A stretch of 63,925 nt of DNA, counting the filler, from Chiloscyllium plagiosum (lineage: Eukaryota): assembly GCF_004010195.1 (NCBI RefSeq). It is 5 parts of one record of this genome, joined end to end, with 100 filler letters (N's around TTAATTAATTAA, not from the genome) between each part and the next. Parts side by side here need not be neighbours in the genome. Positions count along the whole stretch, not along the records: positions 20,546 to 41,981 come from NC_057717.1; 4 more parts are not named here. One strand, 5' to 3'. Under the pieces are notes generated by a model. The model saw only the letters and a program-made list of their open reading frames with translations. It ran no database searches and was not told where the DNA came from. Numbering within the stretch: the stretch's first letter is position 1; each line of letters begins with the position of its first letter. The position numbers and the translations under genes were made by a program. Shown piece by piece: positions 21,700 to 35,282 of the stretch.

Positions 21700-23860
21700 T
21701 GGAGCACTGGAGAAGACGTAATGGGGAACAACGAAATGGTGCAGGTGAGCACGTACATTGCATCAGTTTTCATAGTGGAAGACAACAACAAAATACGTGA
21801 ATTAAGAGGCGCGTAGGGAAGAAGTGAATGAAATGCCAACACTAATGAGAAGATGACGGAGAAGCTGCAAGGTCTGAAGGAATTAAATCACTGAGACCAG
21901 ATGGACTGCATACCCGATTTCTGAAGGAGATTGCTGAGGAGATTGTCGAGGCAATGGTGGTGATCAGTCAGGAGTAACTGGCGTCAGAGTGGGTCCCAGG
22001 TGACTGGAAATTTTTAAATGCAACACCCCTGCTGAAAGAAAGGGGAGAGGCAGACACAGACAACTGTCAGCTATGCGAACGACAGTGTTGCACACTACTT
22101 GGAAATGGATGGTACAATAGAGCAAAGTCTGCATGTCTTCATCAATTGGACGTCATGTCTGACAGCTATGTCAGATCTCTTTGAGGAAGTACAAAGCAAG
22201 TAAGACAAAGCAGAGCCAGTGGACGTGATCTAATTCAATACTCATAAGTCCTCTGATAAGGTGCCACACAGCATACTGCTAAATAAGATAAGAGCGTGCT
22301 ATTAGTGACAAGGTGGGGATTGGTTGATAGGCTGAGTGAGAACAGAGGGCTCCTTTCCAGGATGGCAGCCACTGACTTCTAAGACGTGCACAGCGATCGG
22401 TGTTGAGAGCATAACTGTTCACGTTATACATTAAACATCTGGACAAAGGAGCAGAGTGCATTGTCACTGCATTTGCAGTTGACACAAACGAAGTTGGAGA
22501 GACAGGTCGTGTCAAGAAAGCTGGGAGACTTCATAATGACCTGGGCAGACGCAGAAAGTCGTCAAAGAATTGGCAAATGGAATACAATATGGGATGCGTC
22601 AGGTTATGCAATATGAGAGGAAGAAGGCAGGCTTCGACTAATTTCTGTTCATGAAAGCCTTTAGAAATCCGAAACGCAATGTTATTTGGGATCAGGCAGG
22701 TTCAGTTGGAATTAAGGAAGGAAAATTCAATTTTATAATTTATATCAAGGGGCCTCGAATGCAACAACAGAGATGTCCAGTTGGGGATTTATATATTTGT
22801 GGCAGACCGCATTTGGAATATTGCAAGTAGTTAGGCCCGATATCGAAGGGTAGAGTCAGAGTCATACATCAGTTTAACAGACCATTCACTCCATATATAT
22901 CATGCGGAACACATTGCCAAATTAAAATAGATCCGCCTGCCTGCATTTGGCCCATATACCTCCAATATATTCCTAAACAGTTACTTATCCAAAGGACTTT
23001 TAAATAATTTAACTGTACCTGCATCCATCACTTCCTCTAGAGGTTTATTGCACACAGTCATCAAAGCGCGGAAAACAAAAGCTGCCCATCATGTCCTTTA
23101 TAAATCTTCCTTCTCGTACTTTAAAAATATGCCCCTAGATTCGAACTCCCTCACCTTTGATAATAATCTTATTTATTCTCCTCGCGATTTTACAAATCTC
23201 TATAAGGCCATAAGTCAAGTTCCTCTGCTCCAGTGAAAAAAAAACACAGCCTATTTTAATAACAGAAGACTTCCATTCATGACATCATTCTGGTAAATAC
23301 TTTCTGAACCCTCTCCAATTTAATAAAATCCTTCTCATAACGAGGAAACCAGAACTGTACACAATACTCCAGAAGTTGTGTTGACATTGGTAAGGGTCCG
23401 AAGAAGATTTAAAAGAATGATCCTGGGGGAGGAAATGCTTGTCATAAAATGTTGAAAACTCGGGGGCTGTACTTGATGCAGTTTAGAAGTTTGAGGAGGA
23501 TCTGATTGAAAGTTAAACAATACGGAGAGGTGTAAATAAAGTGGCTATGAAGAAGTTTTTCAACTAGCACGAGAGACTGCACAGGAGCCGACTGCACAGT
23601 CTCAGAGAGAAAGGATGACCATTTGAAGTGAGATGTGGAGGAGTTTCTTCAGCAAGAGGGTAGTCATTCTTTGGAACTCTTTGCCAAATCATTGAGAATA
23701 TTCAAGATAGACATAGATAGGCCCCTGATTGATGAGAGGATCAACAGTTACAGGAGATGGCAGAAAACAGAAGAATGAGGTTGAGAAACTTATCAACAAT
23801 GACCAAATAATGGAGAGGTTTCGATGGGTTGAATGGCCTAATTCTGCTCCTTTATCTGGT
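21700..23860 (+). mobile_element. Decayed CR1 LINE ORF2 with an opposite-strand CR1 piece at about 22855-23380
   Basis: Recognisable CR1 RT motifs (GPDGLH, DKVPH, FAxDT) with many stops. Confidence 0.75.
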
Positions 23861-24299
23861 GGCCTTCTCGCTATTGCGTGTGACTTCAATCTGCCCATCG
23901 ACTGAGCAAGTCAGATGAGTAAAAATCCTCTGGAGACGTACCTGGTGTATGTATGAGATGGTTTTCTGAGTCGCTATATTAAGGACACAAATGGAGGACA
24001 GAACACCCTCGATTACGTACTGTTTACTGGCCATTGGTGGATTAATTTATTTGGCTGGTCGACGAGATTACGATGAAGAATGGCCTCAAGAAGTACCCAC
24101 ATTCTCAATCCTGCGCCTTGCCTGAGGCACAACGACTCTCAAGTTATAGCACCATCCGTCAACTCGTGCGATCTCTCTCTCTCTCTCTCTCTCTCATGAG
24201 ACAGCAGGCCTGAGAACATGTCCATTTTGATTTCAAAGCTTTATTTGCATATATGACAAGGAATAATTGACAATCTATCTCTATGCTGTCCCTAATGGA

Positions 24300-25965
24300 A
24301 GAGTGAAGTCAGTGAGCGAACTCTTCATTAAGGTGGAGAGTGATAGAGCTGACAGAGATTATGAGCCGAAATCTAAATAGAAGAAATGACACTGATATGA
24401 ATCGTGAGCAGTGCACAACGAATTGGGGAACAGAAATTAAAGGGAGGACAAGCATTTAAAAAGCATTTGCAGGAACTGCAACTGTTTCTCACTCCTGTCT
24501 GACACAAAGAAAACGGGAAACATGGCCACGTCATGGCTAACAAGGGATATGAGAGCATTGTACTGCACTCAAGGAGGAGGCTTACAAATTGGCTGAAAAT
24601 AGCAGCAGATATGAAGACTGGGAGCCGGTCAGATATCAGGACAAGATGAAGAAAGAGTTAATGCAGAGCGAAAATTTCGTTTAGCAGTAAGCTTGTGAGA
24701 AGCATATAATGAATTGTTAAAGCTCCTGAAGATATTTCAAGGGAGAAAAAAACGATTATTGAAAACAAATTCCTTACAATGAGAAACAGAGGATGTTATA
24801 ATGTGAGATAAATATATGGCATACCAAATAAATATGTATATTGATTATGTCAACACAAATGATGTCGCAAGTAATATTCCTAAAATGTTGGGAAGAAAAG
24901 GAGAGGGAGGAACTCGAGGAAATCAGTATTATCAGTGAGTTGGTGTTGTGGAAATTGACAAGATTAAAAGACAATAAATTCCACCAACTGCGAGTCAAAG
25001 ACCAGTGTACTTAAAGTCACCCTCAATGCAGTGACTGCTTTCTGCAACTAGAGTGTGGAGTCCAACTGGAGTAAATTAAATGTCATATTTCAATACTCTA
25101 TCGAATCTGAAACGATATCTATGGATTGGAGGTCAGTTAATGTTACCCCAATATTTATAAGAGGAAGTAGCGAGAAAACATGGAATGACAGAAAAATTAG
25201 CCTAACACTGGAAAACAGTAACTGGATTGGACAGAACCATCATAAATTTACGAAAGTAAGCTTGGAAAGGATATGTCGCCTTCTTGTACACAAATCGCTG
25301 AACGTAAGCATGCAGGCGCAGCAGCAGGTGAGGAAGGCAAACGGTGTGTTAGCCTTTGTACTGAGAGGATTTGAAGAAAGGAGCATTGAAGACTTGCTGA
25401 AATTGTGCAGGGTCTTGTTGACAACACAACCTCGAGAGTTGTGTGCACTTATCTGAGAAAGAATATTCTCCATACGGAGAATGCACAACAAAGGTTTACC
25501 AGACTGATTCATGGGGTGGCAGGACTGACGTGTGAGGATTCGTTATGATGAAAATCACTCAAGTTTAGAATGATGAAGTAGGATGTCACAGAAAAGAATA
25601 AAGTTCTAAATGGTACGAATAAGGTAAATGCAGGAAGGATGCTTTCAATGACCAGGGCGTCCAAACCATAGAGGGTGGGGAGGTGGCGTCACTGCTAATA
25701 ATATGGGGCAGTCCATTTAAGACTGAGATGAGGGTTTTATTTTTTTAATCAAAGACTGGTTACTCAGTGAAATTTGCTGCCACAGAAAGTAATTAAAGCC
25801 AGAACGTGGCATGTTGACAAGAATAAGATATCTATAGTTTTGAGGGCAAGAGGGATCAAAAGGTGTAGGCCTAAAGAAATAGCAGGTTACTGCGTGGAAT
25901 GATCAGCCAAGATCAGACTGAATTAGGGAGAAGGATCAAACATCACAACAAGCCAGTCCTGTTTT
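24300..25965 (+). mobile_element. Decayed CR1 LINE ORF2 fragments
   Basis: 'DWRSVNVTPIF' and 'VRKANGVLAF' in ORF 25055-25456. Confidence 0.7.
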
Positions 25966-27358
25966 AATTTTTCATCCCTCCATTCTGTTAAAGGTGAGAT
26001 ATAAAAACCAATTGTTTTTAACTGACACAAATATCAGTAACACATTATCTAGATTTTAAAAATAATCCTGTAAATACTTACCAAACAGCAATCAGGGAGC
26101 AATTTTAGCATACGAACTTCAGCAGTTCGAGGAGCTGCAAAGTAATTGTTGAGGTTTGTAAACTGGCTGATCTGTATCTCAATTTCATTCCAGTTCTCAA
26201 ATTACTGAATGTTCTAACAAAAGCGACATAGTATGTATGAAATAAGTAAACGTCTTTAAAATGTTGCTGATACTGGGTGGAAGGAGTAGTAGGAAAGGGT
26301 GGGAAAGGGGAGTCGTGAGAAACACAATAGGTCGGGTTTTTGTTGAGCGATTGGCAACGAATGACCCCACATTCCAAAACTCCCGCAACCCGCTATGGTG
26401 TTCAGGAGTCCTGAACCTCCACTTCCTGCTCCATTCTTTCCCTCTCTGACAAATGTACAGTAAGGTAAGGGACAGAGGAGTTCATGGGGTACACTTTCCC
26501 ATCAATCCCAGTCACGAATACACACCCAAGCGTCTCCCAACAACACCACATCCTCATGGACCACCGCAATGATTTCAAACAGTATCATTTATTTTCAGCT
26601 CTATTTACACTAAAGATAGATAAACCAACAATGGCCTGATAAATTAAAAAAAAAACAAAATAAAACTGAAACAGGAATAGCGATCGCTGACTGGGGCCTG
26701 CTTCTGGGAAGAAGACTCAGGCTCTCTGTGGCTTAATTCGCGACCCCAGATACACTACGTTTGGGTCTAGAATCATATAATGACTAAACATGAAACCTCT
26801 AACTGGGCTATATCACCTGGCGCTTCGCTCCCCTTTAGTCCTCACTCACCGACTGTCGATTGGAGACAACAACATTTCGTTCCAATAATCGCTCACTGCA
26901 AGCATGTTCACAGTTCATGTTAACCCTATGCATGCTGCAGGACCCATCCCAACTGATGACATATAATGTCCAACAGCGAAGAGGCGGACCTATAGGACCA
27001 AGCTGGAGACACTGGTCCTCCAACCAATCAGACAAACCCATGGGCGCACTTGGGGCTCTGATAAATCAGAGAATGTTGTTGGGTTAAACTAATCTATCCA
27101 GAACGTCCACACCCCAACGCTCAAAATTTGTTTGAAAAATTCTTCCAATTCAAAACACAATTGTTAATGATAACTCTGTTCCCTTTCCCGCAGGCGAAAA
27201 TGAGGACTGGACATGCTGGAGATCAGAGTCAGCATTAGAGTGGTTCTCAAAAATCACAGCAGGTCACGCAGCATCCGAGGAGCATGAAAATCGAAGTTTC
27301 AGGCAGGCACCCTTCATCAGTAACCTTTCACGCAGCAAATTTATGAACAATATTGTTA

Positions 27359-27675
27359 TGGGCGGCACGGTGGCACAGAGTTAGCACTGCTGCCTCGCAG
27401 CGCCAGAGACCTGGGTTCAAGTCCCGCCTCAGGCGACTGACTGTGTGGAGTTTGCACGTTCTCCCCGTGTCTGCGTGGGTTTCCTCCGGGTGCTCCGGTT
27501 TCCTCCCAGAGTCCAAAGATGTGCAGTTCAGATGAATTGGCCATGCTAAATTGCCCGTAGTGTTAGGTAAGGGGTAAATGTAGGGGTATGGGTGGGTTAC
27601 GCTTTGGCGGGTCGGTGTGGACTTGTTGGGCCGAAGGGCCTGTTTCCACACTGTAAAAGTAATCTAATCTAATCT
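27359..27675 (+). mobile_element. HE1-type V-SINE
   Basis: tRNA-like head, V-domain TGTGTGGAGTTTGCACGTTCTCCCCGTGTCTGCGTGGGTTTCCTCCGGGTGCTCCGGTTTCCTCCCA, CR1-like tail and (AATCT)n. Confidence 0.92.
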
Positions 27676-29214
27676 ATCCCTTATGTTCCTTCATGCCCAG
27701 TTTTCATGCACAGCGGTCTCACAGAACCTTTGGCTTTTGTTTCGCCAGTCCACATTTACCTGATCGTTTTGGATTAGCATTATCAAGACCTCTTCTTAAC
27801 TCATCAAAACAATCGGCAGACAGTTCCCCACAATTTTCTATGAACAGTTCTATTTTAGATTTCCTGAATAAAACACATATTCCTTCACGTTACACCTCAT
27901 TTTTTTCTGATATGACCGTTTGCAACATGTTGCATATAAATTTAAACGGTTATCCTGTCAGTATTGAATTAATTGACCAAACGTCAGTAAACCGAAAGCG
28001 TGCATACCTTTTAAAGATGAGAAAACGTGTCTGAATGAGTTGTGACTTGGACATTAGTTATCGTGAATACAAAGTAAAGACAATCAGTTTGTGATGGCGT
28101 TGATATCTACCACACTTTCAGAAGCTGCCAGACAAGCTGAATACTTCCAGCGTTTTCTTTTTTTTAATCTCTATCAGATTGCCAGTATGTTGCTTCTGCA
28201 CTTGTTCTTGGGAAGAAATGGATGAAACGTTCTGGGTCGAAAGCAGGAGCAGTCACCTCCTTCAGTCATGCACCTCCCAGCTTTCCTCTGGTTTTGTAGT
28301 TTTGTGAAAACACTAACTGGCTTTAAAATTGGATTTTAATGATAATCTAAGTGTTTACATGTTATTCTTTCTGCTCGAATATGAAATAAAAAAATGCATC
28401 AATTTATATCAATTTCACAATTTATGTGTGCATGTCCCGGTCAGAATTCTACTTCTAAGGAGACGGCAGCATTTCATATTGGTAACAATAAATGCTAACG
28501 ATTTGCAGGCCATGGCTGTGAGAGCACGGAATCCAAATTATTCGACTTACAGGGACAGTTGCTGTTTCTTTCACCCTGGACACTGTCTGATGCGGTATTA
28601 CAGTCTCCCATTCTTCTGCACATGATGCCTTCAGTTCTGTCTTGGTTTTGTTACGACTGGTTTCTAATACACAGGCTATGCAATCATCTATTATGTTGCA
28701 GTTTCTAAAGAGTGAGAATCCTTCTCTCAGAGCACACTGCCTCCGTAGCTCAAAGCTTAGATAGGGGAGAAACACGGACAGGGGAATGGCTGAATTCTTC
28801 CTTTCTTTGCTGTAACCAGACTCTGGTGTTGAAATCTGAAATGAGACAAAATAAACCAATTGAGTGAAATCCTACTTTCTGGTTGATCTCTCCTGAGGCC
28901 TCATTCACTTCACCAGAACGTGTCTGTGTTTGCCTCTGTAGTTGAAATGGGGTTTAGATCACCGACGGGGTGTGAACACAGGTTATCCATCTTAAACCTC
29001 AGTCGCATACATTGTAAAACGTGATTGGATAATAGCACTGTGACGAGTGCTTGAAACGTTTGAGAATACACGGGAGCAGGCCAAGTGCTGAAAACTTGGA
29101 TGATGGGTCTCTTTCCATTCTGCAAACAGTCGATGACTTGCTCAAACTTACGTCCTGATAAATAAAACGCCATATGCTTTGGAATTAAGAAGCAGTCCAA
29201 CAGCTTGGGAGGCT

Positions 29215-29285
29215 GCGCTGGGGGTGTAATGGTTAAGAGTCAGTGTTTTCTTCACCGCAGCAAGAGTTGGGTGCCTGGTCAGTGA
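29215..29285 (+). pseudogene. tRNA-Glu pseudogene (decayed)
   Basis: Aligns by eye to TCCCTGGTGGTCTAGTGGTTAGGATTCGGCGCT(T/C)TCACCGCCGC...TCAGGGA. The B box is destroyed. Confidence 0.5.
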
Positions 29286-32166
29286 CAGTGACAACAGCGA
29301 GAGTGAAGCAGCTCTGATGGGAATGCTTTCAACATCTCAGATCAGCTCGTGCCTCGAGAACATCAGAGTTCTTCAAGAAGGGGAAGGTACCTTGAAAGTC
29401 TCTGCTCAGTCGGTCAGTTCACCCTTTATTCCCCTCCCACAGAGTTTCTAAAGATTCACAGAGTTCAAGCGGGACTCTGTTAAATTGCTTCCTTTGCACT
29501 CCCACGGGTTGTAGGTATTGGTTTGGTTTGAAATTGATAATGTGCACAAGAGCAGCTTGCGATATGATTCTCTTCCCCTCCTCTGACAGCGCTGTGAGGT
29601 TGACTCTGATGTTCTCGGTTGCATTCGTCGATCGGAGACATTAATCGGTATATTAAGAAGTGCCACAAATAATTCCAAACAGAATGAAATGCTTTCAAAT
29701 GTTCTGGCTACAAAGTACTCAGAAACTGCTCATTTTTGAGAGATATTTAGGAAAACCAAGGTTAAGAAGATAAATAACTTGCTTTGCAAGATGCTTCTAA
29801 TGAAGACGTCAATTCTTTTGAACGATTCGGTGGAATTGTGTTGATCATTTTGTACTTTCTATTACCCCAGCGAACTACTGTTTAAAAACGAATCTGTTAA
29901 ACAAAGAATTGCGGTGTAATCGACGATGCTTACAAGTGGACAATAGATTGAAGGTGGGCATGCTCTCATTTCAATAGTTCATACATCCCAGCATTTCAAA
30001 GATTCTTCTTCCTGCAGATAATGAATTCAAAGCACATCTCGGCTTTGGGACAATGGGTTTGTAAGTGTAATAAAAATCGGCAGCGTTTTTGAGACAGTGA
30101 AGAGTCGAATGAACAAACCCCTGATTTGCAAACAAACAAATCATTAAGCCATTGATTCCAGTGCGCTCGGTGCAGTTCTGTCATGATATCAGGGACAGGA
30201 GAAACAATTGTAACCGTTCACAGGGTGAATAACTAGTAAAAATAATCACCTTTACCACTTCACTCCTATAGACCCTACATTGTGAAACAGACAATTTCGC
30301 AAAGAAAACACACTTGTTCTCAAGAAGCTTTCATTCCCCCTGTGTCTGAGCAGCCATTCAATGGGATTACCGCTGATCTGATAAAATTTATCTCTACTTT
30401 CGTGCTTTTCCTCGATACCTCGAGGTAAACTTGAGATGAATAAAAAAGTCGCGTATTCTCATTAATTTGGGAGTTTCGCGGCCATACCACTCAGTTTCTC
30501 TGAATGGTAACTGAGAACATGTGATCGTTGTCAGCAGTGGTTACTTCCACATGTGAGGTAACTGGTGAAGTAAATGATGTTAAACTACATGACTATTGAA
30601 ACATGCATTTCCACAATATCCCAGACTATACTCTCACCCTTTGATATTCTGTAGAAAACAGTTCATCTCAGTCGTCAACATACCCAATGATGGAAACTAC
30701 ACAGCATCTAGAAATATCTAAATAAAAGTTTAAGCCCATTCTGAGTTCTTACATCTCATTACAGACTTCGCCAAGTGGCCTTCTTCTGTTTGTGTTGCTC
30801 TTGCTGATATATCCTCTGCCACTGTAAGTATTTTTAAGTGCATTGGTTTGCGTGATGCCGCGTTAGTATTTAGTGGTCAATACTTTACTTTATGGCTGCA
30901 TCAGTACGTTAAGAATTCGAGTAATGGACGTATTATTTTCCCCATTGTACGTTGTGTGACATGTACTAAATTAACACAGCATGTAATCGGTTGTTTTCAC
31001 ATGCAAACATTCTCCAAGGTCATGGTTTTCTTCCTTCAGAACCTGCTCTCTGACATCTCAGCCTGTTTTATATATAAGGATTCGAAACCACCCATTGTCG
31101 AATATTTTGGTCTTTCTCCCGCACTTACTCACCCTCCCCTCGATCTCCTCTCCAATTTCCCTCAGGCACTGCGCAATCTAACACTTACTTTCACATTGAC
31201 CCCATTCAATCTGTGATTCTGCAGTCATTGTTGCTGGGTGCACGTGCTCCAATCTCAGCATTGGCAACTTCAAACCACTCGATCGTGTTCGATGACGCGG
31301 TTGCGTGATCAAAGCTCACGTAGCAATTTTAACTAACATGAAACAGAGATTCTTGGAGCACCAGTATCAGGAAATGAGAAGAGTTCGGAGAATTGGCCAT
31401 GCTAAATTTCGTATCGTGTTCAGGGATGTGTAAGTTAGGCGCATAAGTTAGGGATAAATACAAAATAAAATGTCAGGAGAATAGGTGTAAGTTGAGTTCT
31501 TCTTCGTAAGGTCAGTGTGAACTTGTTGAATTGAACGGCCTATTTCCACACTGTCGGAGTTCCATGGTTCTATGAAAAGGACACAGTATAGTCCTGAGCA
31601 AAATGGAGTTTGTTGGAAAAGTATTGTGACTTTTTGATCATTTAATTTGCTCATTCGGCTCCAGATGGACTATTGTATGCAGTCTGCAAGTCACTTTACA
31701 AAGGAGATGTGATTGCTTTGGAAACGGGTTAGAAGAGATTTTAAAGGATATTGTCTGGGCTGAGGAGTTTCAGTTATAAAGAGAGTTTGGTCTGATATTT
31801 TTCTGAAAGCAGAGGGAATTGTAAAGAGACACGATTGAGATGTAAACGTAACGGGGATATGGAAAGGTAAACTAAAAGAAACGTTTCCGCTTGATGAAGA
31901 TATCAATCACCAGGGAGGCAGAGATTTAAAAGGCAGAAAGGTTTGAGTATGTGTTTTGGAAAAAAAAAAACCTTCTCAGCAATCGGTTGTAGGGAATATT
32001 GAACTCACAGTATGGGTCAGAAACACTCATCACTTGAAGAACTATTCAGATGTGAATTTTTGATGCCATCACATAGCTTTGGGGTCAGTGCTTTTAAATG
32101 AATTAGGATAGTGAAATAGTTGTTATTGTCCAGCCCCGGAATGGAGGCTGAGGGGCTTCTTTATTT

Positions 32167-32238
32167 TTCCACAGTAGCCCTGGGTAGTACGTCTGCCTGT
32201 CACCGCGTCAATCCACGGTTCAGTTACCCATCGAGAAA
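32167..32238 (+). pseudogene. tRNA-Asp(GTC) pseudogene (decayed)
   Basis: AGTA..GCCTGTCAC.GCG..GGTTC matches the tRNA-Asp anticodon and T arms. Confidence 0.5.
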
Positions 32239-33534
32239 AGTGCTTGCCTTTTCAGGCAACTCTCTGGTGAACGCTGTTGTCTCTCTGCGCCAGGAAACGA
32301 GTTTTTATTTCAACCTGGAGTGATTCATAATGTGGAGTTTGCATGTTCTCCCGCATGGGTTTCCTTTGGCTGGTTAGGTTACTTCAAAGTGTCCAGTGAT
32401 GAGCATGTTAGGTAGATGGTAAATAAAACGCGAAAGAGATGAAAGTACTGTAAATCAAAGACAAAATTAGGAAATAAAGCATCAGAGAATTCGGGGTTAA
32501 CATTTCGGCGCGAGTGAACCTTCCTCATAACAGTTCTTCACTGAAGCGTTGACTCTGATTGGTCTCCACTGATGCTGTCAGATCGGCTGTGCATTTCGAA
32601 TAATTCTATTTTTGTACTTGCGGGGTTGGAAAGAAAGGGTGGGGGAGTGTGAAGCTCTTCGGATTCATTGTGCAGATTCAATGGACCGAACGTTCTTTGT
32701 CTGCAATGTAGTGATTCTATCACTTCTTTCCCTCTGAGGTTTTGTCATTTGTACAGTTTTGTTTATCATTTGTGACTGGCAGATCTTCACACAAAATTCT
32801 AGCTATAGCCGAAAAAAAAGGAACAAGTTTAGGAATTGTAAATTGTCCATTTCATTCACAAGCGTGGGTTATTTAAGCATCTGCTTCCATTATCGATGGG
32901 ACATGTTTCAGGAAGGATGGTGCTGTAAGAGTCAGCGTGGGGAAGGACCGCAGCTCCCGGAGAGACACATTATCAGTGAAAGTGCAAACACGTTTGTTCT
33001 GTAAGCCGTACGCTCTGGCAGTGTTGGAATGCAAGCCATTTGATACATATGTTCTGAATTTAAATGCTTACTGGAACCAGGAAGCGGTGGAAGGTATACA
33101 TTCTTTTCCACTTTCACCAAAATCAATCCCACTGAAGTCCACTCTTTGCCAGCACAATGCAGGACATTTTCTCTCGCGACCCCCGGTCCAGTATTCCTTG
33201 CATTCCAGCAACTGCCCATACAGAACCATTCCATAACATCACAGAAGTTGTGGCTTTACCACTTGGTAGAGCACCACCTGAAGTATTGCATGCAGTTCTG
33301 GTCACTGAATTTTGGAATGATGTGGAAGTGTGGAAGGGGTTCAAAGGAGGTTTACTAGGTTGTTGGTTGGTGTGTATCGAAGGTCACACGAGCAAAGTCT
33401 GAGGAGACTGAGGTTATTTGCGTCGGAGAGAAGAAGGTTGACAGGAGACTTCGTCAAGACTTATCTGATTATCAGAAGGTGAGATAGAATGGAGGCAAAG
33501 GCAAACCTGTGTGCTGGAAAAGGCCTGCGTGCGT

Positions 33535-33628
33535 GACTCTGTGGCTCAATAAAAAAAACCCGATGGATTTCTTCATGTTTGCTGAAGTTTTTATTCCCAA
33601 ATCATCGATTCAAGTTCCACCAGAGTCG
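33535..33628 (+). pseudogene. Intron-containing tRNA-Arg(TCT) pseudogene
   Basis: GACTCTGTGGCTCAAT...CACCAGAGTCG ends. The 3' flank is homologous to that of the copy at 48367-48458. Confidence 0.65.
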
Positions 33629-34271
33629 TGTTTTAGTTCATGGTTTGATGTGTGATCAGACCAGGCTCTGCTGCTCTTCTGCAAAACCTGCAGTATTCGT
33701 GCAGAAACCCAACTGTCTTGAAACGGAACTTCTTTTTCTCACAAATGAACAATTTCGATGTCGGTTGAAGATAGAGCTCGATAAATATGTGTTCGCTAGT
33801 CGGCAACAAGATGATGTTGATAGGCTGAAAAAAGACATTAATATTCTGGCTCAGCATGATGATATCGAATGGCAGAGTTGGGCCGGTGCGGTGGGAAGAA
33901 TGTCCTCCTCATGTTCCTTCCTGACTGGGCTGTTTCTGGCCCACATTTTTAAACACTAACACAATGAGGACAATGTGAATCTATATCAAGGAATCTTAAG
34001 TTCTCACCTCGACCTCGCTGCCCTCCCAGCTGGATTAGACAGCTCCTGGCGCAGCTTTAGATCAAAAAGTGGAGATTTCTCACAAGTGCTCTGTCAGGTT
34101 CCTACACATAGGCTTCCAAGTGGACCAATGGTACAGGTGTCCACGTGGATTCTGGGGATTCAGGGGCAGACTTGCCCTTTGCAAGCCTGGAGGTCTGGCT
34201 AAGTTAATGAATGTGAATTTCTGACATTTTGAATATTACTGTGGATTCTTGCTAATTTGTACCGTGGCTCA

Positions 34272-34570
34272 CGGGTGGCACGGTGGCTCAGTGATTAGCA
34301 GTGCTACCTCACAGCACCAGGGCCCGCGGTTCGATTCCAGTCTGTATGGAGTTTGTACGTTCTCCCTGTGTCTGCGTGGGTTTGCTCTGGGTACTCCGGC
34401 TACCTCCCTCAATCCAAAATGTTCAGGTTAATTGGTCGTGCTAAATTTCCCGTAGTGTTCGGTGCGTCTGTCAAAGGGAAATGGGTCTGGGTGGGTTACT
34501 CTTCGAAGGTGTGGACTTGTTGGGCCCAAAGGCCTGTTTCCACACTGGAGGGAATGTAATCTAGTCTAAA
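34272..34570 (+). mobile_element. HE1-type V-SINE (older copy)
   Basis: Same head, V-domain and tail, diverged. Confidence 0.85.
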
Positions 34571-35023
34571 CTGAAATTCAATTTGCCTTTGCATAATATT
34601 GCTCTGTGTATACTGTTTATCCAAACCATGCCACGTGTTCTTGGATGTCGTAATGCTGAAGATTGTTGACGTTATGTGCAATGTGGGTCATCGTCTCGTA
34701 TGAAATTTCCAAAGCAACTTGGTGAAGTGTCAGTGAATCGAATTCCGTGACGAATTGAAACTGATGGAAGGCAAATCCCAGGACAGTGGCGACCTTAATT
34801 TGCCCGTGATCAACGCGGGAAACCACGGTAAACGTACATTCAGTACCGTCTGTTTATTTTTGACGCTTTTCTCTGCCATTTTCCTGAAATATTCTGGATG
34901 ATCCATTATCAGTACAATCACCTCTGAACTGGCTTTCATTTCAGATCCAGAGCAAAAAAATGAGTAATTGGAATCCGGGCCTCAGTGGCAAGAACAGGAG
35001 CCGTTGGACGTTCTCTGATGCCA

Positions 35024-35119
35024 GCTCCATTGGGGCAATTGATCAGCTTGCCGTGCTTCTACAACAGATTAGAAGTGTGTGAGCTGGCGAAGTTGCGAGA
35101 TTGATCCGCGCCAGGCGCT
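35024..35119 (+). pseudogene. Intron-containing tRNA-Ile(TAT) pseudogene
   Basis: Aligns to GCTCCAGTGGCGCAATCGGTTAGCGCGCGGTACTTATA-intron-ATGCCGAGGTTGTGAGTTCGATCCTCACCTGGAGCA with many substitutions. Confidence 0.6.
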
Positions 35120-35282
35120 CATTTCACTGTTAGTGACCAGGATGATTGCAACATCAGGCTGAAGAACAGTTCGAGGACCGAATATTCCTGTGAAATAAAG
35201 GCTCTTTGGCCCTTGATGTTGCACCCAACGCGAGACAAATCAGAAAACCAGCTTAATGACATTTTATCATTGTAACTCAAAA

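Noticed and set aside
27328..27651. Recurrent ORFs 'MWKQALRPNKST..' (also 40386, 47735, 49555)
   Set aside because: They are translations of HE1 SINE copies, not a gene family.
30478..30595. CGGCCATACCAC (5S rRNA 5' match) and two short hairpins with AGAACA/ACA boxes (H/ACA-like)
   Set aside because: The 5S match is only 12 nt, with no A or C box downstream. The hairpins are short and the H box overlaps the stem.
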